A stretch of 49,000 bases of DNA from Thraustochytrium aureum (Eukaryota): contig BLSG01000421.1 in assembly GCA_012862495.1 (NCBI GenBank), positions 85,191 to 134,190 on the forward strand, written 5' to 3'. Positions 22,413-33,501 of this stretch are shown here, one piece after another. The position numbers and the translations under genes are program-made. Below the pieces are notes generated by a model. The model worked only from the letters and a program-made list of their open reading frames with translations, was not told the DNA's origin and searched no databases. Numbering within the stretch: the stretch's first letter is position 1; the number at the start of each line of letters is the position of its first letter.

Positions 22413-22566
22413 AAATCTAGTTTTCCAGTCCTTGAGCCCCGCCGCAGCGGGCCGAGCCAAATAAATAAAAAGTGAACGAGGAGCACCGCCGGGCAACTGC
22501 AGACGAGCCGGGGCCGTGCGCTGCGGCTGCGACCCGGTGCGGTCATTCATGGAGCGGAGCAGGCGC

Positions 22567-24010
22567 TCAGAGTCCTACGTTTGCTGTGATGCGCCAAAAG
22601 TTGAAGGAGCTGTAGTTGTCGATGGACTGGCACACGCTCGGCGGGAAAGCAAAGTCGACCACCTCCGAGATGTCCACGCAAAACGAAAAGTACGAGCGCT
22701 CGCCAACCAAGACACCGTCCGCCTTTGAACCGAACGACGACCGAGGCGCCCCGCCGCGGCCGATGTCCGAAGCTGGGCTATCAGCTTGATCGGCTGCTGC
22801 ATGGGGCGGGCCCTGCGACGAGCTCTTGAGCGGGAACCGGCGCCCCGCCGGGATCCCGACCGCCTGAAATACCGCCAAGTCGGACGCGGTGTTGCCAAAG
22901 CCCGCAAACATGGGAGCCGCAGCGTCCTGCGCGAACAGGCTCTGCGCCTCGTGGGCACAGTGGAGGAAAAAGCGGCTGCGCGCGGCGCGGCTCGAAAGTG
23001 GGAGCCCCGTCCTGGCGTGCACCTGGTGCGGGCAGAAAATCACAGGCCCNNNNNNNNNNNNNNNNNNNNNNNNNNNNNNNNNNNNNNNNNNNNNNNNNNN
23101 NNNNNNNNNNNNNNNNNNNNNNNNNNNNNNNNNNNNNNNNNNNNNNNNNNNNNNNNNNNNNNNNNNNNNNNNNNNNNNNNNNNNNNNNNNNNNNNNNNNN
23201 NNNNNNNNNNNNNNNNNNNNNNNNNNNNNNNNNNNNNNNNNNNNNNNNNNNNNNNNNNNNNNNNNNNNNNNNNNNNNNNNNNNNNNNNNNNNNNNNNNNN
23301 NNNNNNNNNNNNNNNNNNNNNNNNNNNNNNNNNNNNNNNNNNNNNNNNNNNNNNNNNNNNNNNNNNNNNNNNNNNNNNNNNNNNNNNNNNNNNNNNNNNN
23401 NNNNNNNNNNNNNNNNNNNNNNNNNNNNNNNNNNNNNNNNNNNNNNNNNNNNNNNNNNNNNNNNNNNNNNNNNNNNNNNNNNNNNNNNNNGCGGTCCGGC
23501 TGACTGAGCGTTCCTCCTGGCTAGTGCCGCGTGTCGGGGGTCTGGCTCTGCTAACTCGGTCTGGAGCTCGGCAGAGAGCTGGCTGTCAAAGGAGCAGGAC
23601 GAGAAGGACGAGAGGCTCTCCGCATCGTCATCGTGGGCGGACCTTGGGCTCAAGCCCTCGCGCAGCATCGCCACAAGGAGGTCCTCGCCGCTGGCGCTTG
23701 CAGCTTGGCCCGGCGGCTCCTCGTCGCTGTCGCCGCACATCGTGTCAATAAAGGCCGGAAACATGGCCCGCCACCCGGCGTCGAGCTCCATCCCCAGCCC
23801 GTCCACGTCGCTTCCGTTGCAGGAAACCGCGACCCTGCTGTTGGCCTCTGCCTCTTTGGAGGCGAGAAACTGGACGTGGAACGGGGTGCTCCGCATCACC
23901 CCGTCTCTCGTACGGACCACGACGACATCGTTCGCGCAGCCCTCCGTGGAGTCGCCGCGATAGTATTTGCCCAGCACGCCGCGCAGGGCTTCGGTCACGG
24001 CGTTCATCAT
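22567..24010 (-). CDS. Lipin / phosphatidate phosphatase PAH1-like (catalytic DxDxT region falls in the gap)
   Basis: N-LIP domain (NDVVVVRTRDGVMRSTPFHVQF), C-LIP/LNS2 motif (FAGFGNTASDLAVFQAVGIP) and terminal YSSFNFWR. Confidence 0.88.
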
Positions 24011-24020
24011 CTTCTTGAAA

Positions 24021-24043
24021 ACAACAACAACAACAACAACAAC
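24021..24043. repeat. (CAA)n microsatellite just upstream of the lipin start
   Basis: acaacaacaacaacaacaacaac. Confidence 0.9.
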
Positions 24044-24158
24044 GAGGCCAGTCCGGGCCCAGAAAGCTCTCTCTTCGCCCCTGCGCGTTCGCTGCGCGTT
24101 GTTCGCGACGCCCCGCGCTCTGCTCTGACCACGCTCGCAGCCAGCACTGGCCGGGTCG

Positions 24159-24188
24159 CGATCGATCGATCGATCGATTGACCGATCG
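24159..24188. repeat. (GATC)n palindromic microsatellite in the lipin upstream region
   Basis: cgatcgatcgatcgatcgattgaccgatcg. Confidence 0.8.
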
Positions 24189-24996
24189 CGTTGGCGATCG
24201 GGTTTGGCGCGCGGTGCTTCAATCAATCCACGTCCGAGATGATCGACCATGAGGAGTAGAAAAAGCAGGTTACTGGCTGAAGCCCTGCGTCGTGGCCTGC
24301 GTCACAAGTCCAGTCTCATCGCCGGCGTTCCTCTCACCCCTGGTCGCCTCTCGCATCGAATCCTGGCGGTCGCGGGCTGGGCCTGCGCACACCCGCTCGC
24401 CCATTTCCTGACTCACTCTGTCCAGATAGAGAGCGAGCGAGCCCGCGGCGTGAATGGGCAGAGCCGGGACCGGGGTAACGCTCGCAGGCAGGCTCGCACG
24501 GTAGGTAGGCTCGCACGGTAAGAAACGCGCCAGGGCGTTGTCGGCTCCAACTCGAAGACGCGCTTGGCTGCAGCGGCGCGCTTGCTCGATTGGAGGAGGG
24601 AGGAGGGCGGCTCGAGCTTACTTTCTCTGGCAGGGACGTGGCTGCATGCTCAAGTGCTTGCTTGCATCTCGGGCTACATTCAGGCGCGGAGGAGACCCCG
24701 CTGATGCGCGGGAAGGGGAGGGTTTGTGGCGGCGCGCGCTTCCGGCCTAAAGGCGCGGCACGCCGGTTGAAGGCTGTTGGCGAGTTTTGGGCGGGGATGG
24801 ACGCAGTGGAGGGACTTTCTCTGCCGGCTCGTGAGATTCCGGAAATATTCACGATCACAGAGGAGGCGCTGATAAATAATTTTTTGTTTTTTGTTGCGAT
24901 GAGAGCGTCTCGAAGGAGATGGTCAATCGGAAGTGGACGCGCGTCACCTTGAGACGTAGTGCGGTTTCATTCCTCAACCCGATCCAAGCGAATCCA

Positions 24997-25038
24997 TGCA
25001 TGCATGCATGGATGTTGCATGGATGCATGCATGCATGG
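24997..25038. repeat. (TGCA)n/ATGC low-complexity palindromic tract
   Basis: tgcatgcatgcatggatgttgcatggatgcatgcatgcatgg. Confidence 0.75.
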
Positions 25039-26048
25039 TCACCCTACTGCAGCGCAGACGCACGCACGCTGCACGCTGCCGTCACGCAAGCACGCTGTTA
25101 TCACGCAGGGGTACCTAACTGGATGCGCGCGCAGGCTGCAGGCCGGCCCCCTCGAACGAACGAACGCGCCGCTCCTCCTACCTGCGTGGGTGCCCCAAGT
25201 CACCGAAGCCGGCACCTGCTCTTAGGAGTACTCAGGAGTAGGTAGGTACCTACTCTTTGGAGTGCTCGGTCCCAAGCACAAAAAGCACATGACCCTCTAT
25301 TTGTACAACNNNNNNNNNNNNNNNNNNNNNNNNNNNNNNNNNNNNNNNNNNNNNNNNNNNNNNNNNNNNNNNNNNNNNNNNNNNNNNNNNNNNNNNNNNN
25401 NNNNNNNNNNNNNNNNNNNNNNNNNNNNNNNNNNNNNNNNNNNNNNNNNNNNNNNNNNNNNNNNNNNNNNNNNNNNNNNNNNNNNNNNNNNNNNNNNNNN
25501 NNNNNNNNNNNNNNNNNNNNNNNNNNNNNNNNNNNNNNNNNNNNNNNNNNNNNNNNNNNNNNNNNNNNNNNNNNNNNNNNNNNNNNNNNNNNNNNNNNNN
25601 NNNNNNNNNNNNNNNNNNNNNNNNNNNNNNNNNNNNNNNNNNNNNNNNNNNNNNNNNNNNNNNNNNNNNNNNNNNNNNNNNNNNNNNNNNNNNNNNNNNN
25701 NNNNNNNNNNNNNNNNNNNNNNNNNNNNNNNNNNNNNNNNNNNNNNNNNNNNNNNNNNNNNNNNNNNNNNNNNNNNNNNNNNNNNNNNNNNNNNNNNNNN
25801 NNNNNNNNNNNNNNNNNNNNNNNNNNNNNNNNNNNNNNNNNNNNNNNNNNNNNNNNNNNNNNNNNNNNNNNNNNNNNNNNNNNNNNNNNNNNNNNNNNNN
25901 NNNNNNNNNNNNNNNNNNNNNNNNNNNNNNNNNNNNNNNCGCAACGGTAACTTGATAGGCGCCAAGGTGCGAACGGCAGGCAACGGCAGTGTTACGCACG
26001 CACGGACGAGCAGAAGACCATCCAAGCGAGGCAGGCAGCAGCAGCGGA

Positions 26049-26087
<39 letters not shown>

Positions 26088-26088
26088 C
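26049..26088. repeat. (GCAG)n microsatellite upstream of NCKX
   Basis: About 9 perfect GGCA units. Confidence 0.9.
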
Positions 26089-26309
26089 TAGGCGCTGCAA
26101 GCCGCGCGGCCAGTCGTGGCGGCTTGAGCCTCGCGCGCCCCCCGCGACTGCATTCTCGGTGGGTTGCCGGGAAACCACCCTCAGGCCCGCAAGTGCCAAA
26201 GCAGCGAGGACAGCGCGACGGAGGCTGGACGCGCCACATCGTCGAAAACGGAAAGAAAGCGCGAACGGCTGCTGGCCGGAGCTGAGCCCAGTGTGGCGTG
26301 CCCTCAAAG

Positions 26310-27853
26310 ATGGGCGCCACTGACAGGGCCGTTGGGCCGGAACGCAGCAACGCCCCGCGGCTGAGGACCCGAGACGCCAAGACGAGCAAAAGCCTCGCGG
26401 CCGGCTCAAACACGGCGTGGATTGCAAAGCGCAAGGCCAGAAGGTGCCAAAACCGGAGGTTTAACCGCAAGAGCATGCTCAAGGTCCAGTTCTTCATGTT
26501 CCTGGCCATGTGCGCCTACGTCATGCTCCCTGACCACATGGGCGCCGTTGGGCTCGACTTTGTTTTCGGACCTGCTGAAAACAGCGCGTTCCGAAGAGCT
26601 CTGCAGACGATGGTACTCGATGAAACCGAAAGGGCGCTCGAGGACGAGAGCGTCTCAAAAGAATTCCCACCAGACTTGTTCACTTTGGAGCAGCGCCGAG
26701 GTGGAGCCATCGTCCTTCACATCTTCGCGATTTTCTACATGTTCATCGGCCTTGCAGTCGTGTGCGACGAGTACTTTGAAAGCTCGTTGGAGGCGATCTG
26801 CGCGGACCTCAACCTCAAGGAGGACGTGGCAGGCGCCACCTTCATGGCTGCAGGGGGCTCTGCGCCCGAGCTGTTCAGCTCACTTATCGGCGTGTTCGTC
26901 GCCAAGAGCGACATTGGCTTTGGCACCATCGTGGGGTCTGCAACGTTCAACGTGCTTTTCGTGATCGCAATGTGCGCCTTCATCACAAACAACCTGGTCC
27001 TGAGTTGGTGGCCGCTGACTCGCGACTGCGTCTTTTACTGCATTTCCATCGTCGCTCTTGTCGGCTGCGTGGTCGACCAACAGGTCGTGTGGTGGCAGGC
27101 TCTCATCTTGCTCATCCTCTACGCAATCTACATCACAATCATGTACTACAACGCGGACCTCGAGGTTTGGGTGGGGCGAAAACTAGACCTTGCAGCTGTG
27201 CCCCGCACTGGCTGGCGACTCCAGGTCGAGCGGGCGCTTCAATCCAGCTCATTCACTTTCTTCATCTATGCCGTCATCATTGCGAATTTGGTGGCCATCA
27301 TCTGGGAGGCGACGGACTCCGCGCCGGCGTCCACCTTCGACGCGCTCAATACAGCGTTTTCTTTCGTGTTCATCGCTGAGATGCTCGTGAAGATCATCGT
27401 CTTGACCTTCTTCGGCTACTGGCACGACCCCGTCAACGCCTTTGACGGCACGCTCGTTTGCCTCATCCTCATCGAGTGGTTTCTTTCTTCGAGCAAGGTT
27501 ACTGGCGGTCTGCGAGGGCTCAAGTTCCTCCGCATGCTCCGGGCGCTCCGCGTTTTCAAGCTGTATGTGGCGTCAGCGGTCAAGAAGGTCGACAAGTGCA
27601 CACAAACTGCGGAGGTCGACTGGGGCATGCTCGCCGAGGCAGAGAAGAGCGGGAGCCTCCGAGGAATTGAAGACGCTCCACTCACACAGGCGACCCAGCC
27701 CACGTCGCGCTCTTCGGCCTCGGTGGCGCCCATGCCTGTCGAGAAAAGCGCGCAGGACAGTGTTGCAGCGAAGTCGGAAGGTGCCCCTCTCATTGCCGAG
27801 CGCGTTCGATCTGTCCAAGATGACCAGGAGGTGGACGAAAAGAAGGACAAGGA
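26310..27853 (+). CDS. K+-dependent Na+/Ca2+ exchanger (NCKX/SLC24-like) with an inserted voltage-sensor domain; C-terminal alpha-2 half presumably in gap 27854-28486
   Basis: FPPDLFTLEQRRGGAIVLH...LAVVCDEYF, alpha-1 repeat EDVAGATFMAAGGSAPELF, DIGFGTIVGSATFN and WWPLTRD are NCKX hallmarks. They are followed in frame by S1-S4 helices with S4 LRGLKFLRMLRALRVFKL. Confidence 0.9.
27252..27563 (+). other. Voltage-sensor domain (S1-S4, Ion_trans N-terminal part) inside NCKX
   Basis: S1 FTFFIYAVIIANLVAII; S2 FDALNTAFSFVFIAEMLVKII (FxxExxxK); S2-S3 GYWHDPVNAFD; S4 with R/K at every third residue, six times. No S5-P-S6 follows. Confidence 0.88.
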
Positions 27854-28893
27854 ANNNNNNNNNNNNNNNNNNNNNNNNNNNNNNNNNNNNNNNNNNNNNN
27901 NNNNNNNNNNNNNNNNNNNNNNNNNNNNNNNNNNNNNNNNNNNNNNNNNNNNNNNNNNNNNNNNNNNNNNNNNNNNNNNNNNNNNNNNNNNNNNNNNNNN
28001 NNNNNNNNNNNNNNNNNNNNNNNNNNNNNNNNNNNNNNNNNNNNNNNNNNNNNNNNNNNNNNNNNNNNNNNNNNNNNNNNNNNNNNNNNNNNNNNNNNNN
28101 NNNNNNNNNNNNNNNNNNNNNNNNNNNNNNNNNNNNNNNNNNNNNNNNNNNNNNNNNNNNNNNNNNNNNNNNNNNNNNNNNNNNNNNNNNNNNNNNNNNN
28201 NNNNNNNNNNNNNNNNNNNNNNNNNNNNNNNNNNNNNNNNNNNNNNNNNNNNNNNNNNNNNNNNNNNNNNNNNNNNNNNNNNNNNNNNNNNNNNNNNNNN
28301 NNNNNNNNNNNNNNNNNNNNNNNNNNNNNNNNNNNNNNNNNNNNNNNNNNNNNNNNNNNNNNNNNNNNNNNNNNNNNNNNNNNNNNNNNNNNNNNNNNNN
28401 NNNNNNNNNNNNNNNNNNNNNNNNNNNNNNNNNNNNNNNNNNNNNNNNNNNNNNNNNNNNNNNNNNNNNNNNNNNNNNNNNNNNNNAGAGAGAGAGAGAC
28501 TGGATGGTCGACTGGTTTGACTTTGCCGAACAGGGTGGCAAGTCAGCCACAAGCCGTCCCGGGACGCGCATGCCGCGACCCTCGACCTACCTGTGTGACC
28601 TAGTTATGTGCCAGCTCCACGACTAGCGCTGTCGGCGTTAAAGGTGGCGGTGCCTCGGTGTTTGTCGCCGAGCTTGCCTCGACCTGTGCGTGGCCTTGCG
28701 GAGTGTGACAAGATCAAACAAATTTCACTGTTCCTTTTTCGTTCGACACTAGGCACCGCACGGATTGATTCACCAAGGCGCTGCTCTGCCTCATTAGTCG
28801 AGTAGGTTCTCTGCCGCACAAGTCGAGGGTTCTCCGCAAAGGGAGCGTCTCCCTCCCTGACTGCAGCTCACTGCCCGTCCCGCGACTGACTGT

Positions 28894-29587
28894 CTACCTA
28901 TTGGCAAGCGCCACTTCGGCCTTGGACTCCAGCTGCCTCGAGTACTCGTCCAGCTGGTCGCACGCCCGCTCAAGGTCTAGCACCGCCCGGAAGAGACCGT
29001 CGATCTCCTCAACGGCCGGCCGCATTTCCTCGACTGCGAACCACGCAGCACCGCATCGAGCCTCGCTCTGCCGTCAGCCAACACGAGCCCGTCCACCGCG
29101 TCGCCGACAAGCCAGGCGCGCCTCAAGCAGACAAGTAGATAGGAACTGCGCCAAACGAAGAGCAACAAGCGCGACTTACACTTGCGAAACAGGTCAGCCC
29201 TGAACGAGCCAAGGCCCTCCACGACCGAGGCGAGCTCCTCAAACTTGGCCGCCGAGACGCGGTTCATTTCGTCGAGGCACTGGAGCTCGCTGAGAGCGCC
29301 CTCCGCCTCAGCTCTCGCGTACTCGTTGACCGCGCCGAGCAACCTGTCGACCTCGGCCTAACCAACGACGTCAATGCCCCATTCATCAGCGCGCCCGACC
29401 TCGAGCCCACTTACATCAAGCCTGCCGTGCGCTTCTCCGCGATCATGCAGCGCCTCCTGGGCCGCCGTGGCCTGCAGCTGCGCCGAACGGGCAGCGCGTC
29501 CATGCCCAGCTGCACAATCTTGCGGAAAAGGCCTCCAACCCCGCCGCGCTCGCCACCAGAAGCGTCGCTCCCGCGTGGCGGCTCCAT
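28894..29587 (-). CDS. BLOC1S2: BLOC-1 subunit 2 (BLOS2), with two introns (29358-29414 and 29034-29179); start tentative
   Basis: The spliced product AEVDRLLGAVNEYARAEAEGALSELQCLDEMNRVSAAKFEEL...RK|FEEMRPAVEEIDGL...LERACDQLDEYSRQLESK matches the BLOS2 pattern. Both introns have GTAAGT donors. The start at 29587 requires one frameshift. Confidence 0.8.
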
Positions 29588-29796
29588 GGGCCCTGCGCGC
29601 CGTGCCTGCGTCCCGACGCCGCCGTGCCGCGGGCTGGCGAGGAGGCCGGGAGCGGGATCGAGTCTGGCTGGCGCCATCTTGCGTGTCACATGGCGCAGAT
29701 CCTCCTCGCGCCCGGGCCGGCGCAGCGCGCCGATCCCTCTCGCGCGGCTCCGGCCGTGTGTCGCGGCGGAAGGTCCGCGGATCGCGCGGCCGGAAG

Positions 29797-32769
29797 ATGC
29801 TCGCGGTCGGCCACGACGTGCGCGTTGCCTGCGTGGGCGAGGAGGAGGACGGGGAGGACGGCGGCGTCGTGCTGCGATGCTTCCGCGCGCCGCTCGAGCT
29901 CGAAGCAAACGCCAGCGGCCGCGGCGCGGCCAGCAGGGCCAGCGAGGGCGCTCCGGCAGAGGCTCGCGAGCAGCGCGTGCTCCGCTGGACCGTGAGGCGC
30001 ACGCCAGCAGAGGTCCGCGGGTTTGCGGGAAACGCACTCCGCGTCGTGCCAACGTTGAACTTGAAGCGTGGTGGCCTTGACGAACGCNNNNNNNNNNNNN
30101 NNNNNNNNNNNNNNNNNNNNNNNNNNNNNNNNNNNNNNNNNNNNNNNNNNNNNNNNNNNNNNNNNNNNNNNNNNNNNNNNNNNNNNNNNNNNNNNNNNNN
30201 NNNNNNNNNNNNNNNNNNNNNNNNNNNNNNNNNNNNNNNNNNNNNNNNNNNNNNNNNNNNNNNNNNNNNNNNNNNNNNNNNNNNNNNNNNNNNNNNNNNN
30301 NNNNNNNNNNNNNNNNNNNNNNNNNNNNNNNNNNNNNNNNNNNNNNNNNNNNNNNNNNNNNNNNNNNNNNNNNNNNNNNNNNNNNNNNNNNNNNNNNNNN
30401 NNNNNNNNNNNNNNNNNNNNNNNNNNNNNNNNNNNNNNNNNNNNNNNNNNNNNNNNNNNNNNNNNNNNNNNNNNNNNNNNNNNNNNNNNNNNNNNNNNNN
30501 NNNNNNNNNNNNNNNNNNNNNNNNNNNNNNNNNNNNNNNNNNNNNNNNNNNNNNNNNNNNNNNNNNNNNNNNNNNNNNNNNNNNNNNNNNNNNNNNNNNN
30601 NNNNNNNNNNNNNNNNNNNNNNNNNNNNNNNNNNNNNNNNNNNNNNNNNNNNNNNNNNNNNNNNNNNNNNNNNNNNNNNNNNNNNNNNNNNNNNNNNNNN
30701 NNNNNNNNNNNNNNNNNNNNNNNNNNNNNNNNNNNNNNNNNNNNNNNNNNNNNNNNNNNNNNNNNNNCTTTCTATTCGACCACCGGACGCGGGCCAGACC
30801 CGGCCTGCACCCGCACAGCCTTACCGTGACCAACGCTGATCGCACCCTGACGCTGCACACCAGCTCGCGCGCAGAGCGGGCCCGCTGGCTCAACGCGCTC
30901 AGAAGAGTTTTGAGTGGCAGCACCGTTCGCGGCAGCGGGGCGCCAGATTCTCACTCCGACGGCTTTTTCAGCCCCCAGCGCCGGGACATTCCTGCGCAGT
31001 GGTACGCGTCCGCGCGATTCTACTATCGTGACCTTTACGAGGCCCTTCGCCGTGCCCGTCACGAGATCTTTATTGCTGGTTGGATGATCTCACCGGAGCT
31101 TCGTCTTGTGCGAGACGAACCTGACATCGACCCAGCGTCTTCGGCTTTGGAGGCAGTCCTCGGAGACGCGGTTCGTCGTGGGGTTCGTGTTCATGTTCTC
31201 CTCTATCGAGACGTCGAGATTGCGCTGCCGAACAACTCGCGCCATGCCAAGGCGCGCCTGATGGCCCAGGGCGTCCAGATTATCCGACACGCCGCGCAAG
31301 GGCGGGCGATTACGGCCCAGAACCACCTGTTTGGGCTGTCGGCGGGCGACACGTGGTGGTCCCATCATGAAAAGGTGGTCGTGGTCGACCAGCGCATCGC
31401 CTTCGTGGGCGGAATCGACCTCGCGTTCGGCAGGTACGACGACCACCGCCACAACCTCACCGACCCGCGCTCCGAGATCTGGCCTGGCAAGGACTACTAC
31501 AACGTTCGCGTCAAGGAGTTTGAGCACCTGGAGGACCCAGATGCCGACTTAGTCGACCGCCGGAAGGAGGCGCGCATGCCCTGGCAGGACATACACTGCT
31601 GCGTTGGCGGCGCGGCAGCGCGCGATGCGGCGCACCACTTTATCGCGCGGTGGAACCGGGAGCTCCACCAGCTCCTCTCCTTCCAGCGTTCGGCCAAATC
31701 GTCCTACCACTACCTCCTCCCGGCCGAGTACGACGACGCTGGTCCGCTATGCGCGCTGCTTCCGTATCGCTGCTCGTCGGTGCAGCTTCTGCGGTCCGTC
31801 GGCCCGTGGTCGCTATCCTCCGCCGTCGAACGCTCGGTCAAAGCGCGCTACCTGCAGCTCATCGCCGCGGCGCAGCGTTTCATCTACATCGAGAATCAGT
31901 TCTTCAACTCGTCCGAGGTCGCAGACGCCCTCGCGGACCGCCTCGAGCGCGCTGTCGACGAAGGCCAGTTCGGCCAGCTTCGCGCGATAGTCGTCCTGCC
32001 GCAATGGCCCGCCTTCGAGGGCCTTCCTATCGACAATGCAGCAGCAAAGATAGTCCTGCATTTTCAGCACAGTGTAATCGACCGCGTCGTTCGCCGTCTC
32101 GAGCGCGTTTGCGGGCCAGACCGGCCTGTGGACCAACTCATCTCGTTTTGCTCGCTCCGCAAGGCCGAGTTTCTGCACGGCGGGCTCGTCTCCGAGCAGG
32201 TCTACGTGCACAGCAAGCTGCTTATCGTCGACGACGTCTGCATCATTGGGAGCGCAAACCTCAACCAGCGCAGCCTCAACGGGGACCGCGACTCGGAGGT
32301 GTGCGTGTGTATCACGGACAACCGCTTCGTTCATGACCTGGGCGCGGCGCTTTTCATCGAGCACCTCGGTCTCCACGACGACCGTCGCTGCGCGGGTTGT
32401 CGCCTCTGCTCGCTCAAGCGACGAGATCCCCGCAGCACGCTCGATGGAGCGATGGTTGAGAGGGTCACCGGACGGTCGGGCTGGAAATTGTGGGACCGCA
32501 CGGCGGCCGAAAACGCTGCCGTTCTCGAGGAGCTTTTCCCAGGCATGCAGCCGAGCGACGCGATCACAGACGTGTCCGCTGCGAGGCTGGCGCTCTCTGT
32601 GGCGCAGGTGCCACCGCCCATGGCGGATCACTCTGTTCTCACCATGGTAAAGCGGTTGCGCGGGACCGTTGTCCGCACGCCCTTGCGTTTCCTTCGCGAC
32701 GAGGCCACGATGCTGCCATCGCTTGCCGACCCGGCTATGTTCGTTCTCCCCGTCGACAACTTTGTCTGA
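29797..32769 (+). CDS. Phospholipase D (PH-containing, PLD1/PLD-zeta type); internal gap
   Basis: PH-domain end (RTLTLHTSSRAERARWLNAL), IFIAGWMISPE, HKD1 WSHHEKVVVVD, RMPWQDIH, FIYIENQFF and HKD2 VYVHSKLLIVDD...IIGSANLNQRSL..RDSEV. Confidence 0.93.
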   Translation: MLAVGHDVRVACVGEEEDGEDGGVVLRCFRAPLELEANASGRGAASRASEGAPAEAREQRVLRWTVRRTPAEVRGFAGNALRVVPTLNLKRGGLDERXXXXXXXXXXXXXXXXXXXXXXXXXXXXXXXXXXXXXXXXXXXXXXXXXXXXXXXXXXXXXXXXXXXXXXXXXXXXXXXXXXXXXXXXXXXXXXXXXXXXXXXXXXXXXXXXXXXXXXXXXXXXXXXXXXXXXXXXXXXXXXXXXXXXXXXXXXXXXXXXXXXXXXXXXXXXXXXXXXXXXXXXXXXXXXXXXXXXXXXXXXXXXXXXXXXXXXXXXXXXXXXXXXXFLFDHRTRARPGLHPHSLTVTNADRTLTLHTSSRAERARWLNALRRVLSGSTVRGSGAPDSHSDGFFSPQRRDIPAQWYASARFYYRDLYEALRRARHEIFIAGWMISPELRLVRDEPDIDPASSALEAVLGDAVRRGVRVHVLLYRDVEIALPNNSRHAKARLMAQGVQIIRHAAQGRAITAQNHLFGLSAGDTWWSHHEKVVVVDQRIAFVGGIDLAFGRYDDHRHNLTDPRSEIWPGKDYYNVRVKEFEHLEDPDADLVDRRKEARMPWQDIHCCVGGAAARDAAHHFIARWNRELHQLLSFQRSAKSSYHYLLPAEYDDAGPLCALLPYRCSSVQLLRSVGPWSLSSAVERSVKARYLQLIAAAQRFIYIENQFFNSSEVADALADRLERAVDEGQFGQLRAIVVLPQWPAFEGLPIDNAAAKIVLHFQHSVIDRVVRRLERVCGPDRPVDQLISFCSLRKAEFLHGGLVSEQVYVHSKLLIVDDVCIIGSANLNQRSLNGDRDSEVCVCITDNRFVHDLGAALFIEHLGLHDDRRCAGCRLCSLKRRDPRSTLDGAMVERVTGRSGWKLWDRTAAENAAVLEELFPGMQPSDAITDVSAARLALSVAQVPPPMADHSVLTMVKRLRGTVVRTPLRFLRDEATMLPSLADPAMFVLPVDNFV

Positions 32770-33501
32770 CGAGGCCTCGCGAGGCTTCGATCAGATTGGC
32801 AGCAACCAAACGAAAGCAAACTCGCAATTCAGCTTGACCTTGACCGAGCAAGTGAACATGCGCGACGGGCCTGCGCGCGGCAGCAGCGGCAAGGCTCGCT
32901 CGAGGGCGTCCTTGCTTTCCAAAAAAAGGCAAGTGTCGAGACCGCATTCCCCCCCACCCCTCGCAGAGCACAACGCACTGGGCGCTGGCCATGCTCCGAA
33001 GATGCTCTAGCAATGCGCGAGCGGCAGCAGCCAGCAGCTTGGCCGGGCTCGTTGTGCCCCATCCATGAACATCGATCGACCTCGAAGTTGGCCAGGATTT
33101 TTGAGGTTTTTTCTTTTTCGCGACTGCTTGGGTTGATGCAGACCAGAGTCACCAGAACGCCTTTCGCGCAAACGCGGCAGCAGCAGCGGAGCAGCAGGCA
33201 GCGGTGGCGTCAGTGCGGGCGAGGGCACGGCAGAGGCCGGACGCGAAGAGCAGGTCGAGGCGGAGCGAGAGCGCCAGACCTGCGGCTTTGCATTCTGCAC
33301 GCTCGGCACGCGGTTGGTCCCTGCAATCTCTCCTGGGCAGCAGCGCTCCTGGGTTGTTGCGAGGGCTGGTGAGCGCTGTGCTGCGGGCGGGCTGGGCTGG
33401 GGCGGGGCGAGACGCACTGCTGCTCGCAGCCGTCTTGGCGCTGACGTCGCTGGCCTGTGCGGCGCGATCGGCCGGCAGAGTCGTGCAAAACGCAGGCGAG
33501 A

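Noticed and set aside
24250..25309. Hidden gene or mobile element between lipin and NCKX
   Set aside because: It has only short ORFs without motifs and no terminal repeats, and is rich in simple repeats; it looks like divergent promoter or intergenic DNA.
27252..27853. A separate voltage-gated channel gene adjacent to NCKX
   Set aside because: The S1-S4 segment is in the same uninterrupted frame as NCKX, with no stop or obvious intron between them, and no S5-P-S6 pore follows in the ~95 codons before the gap.
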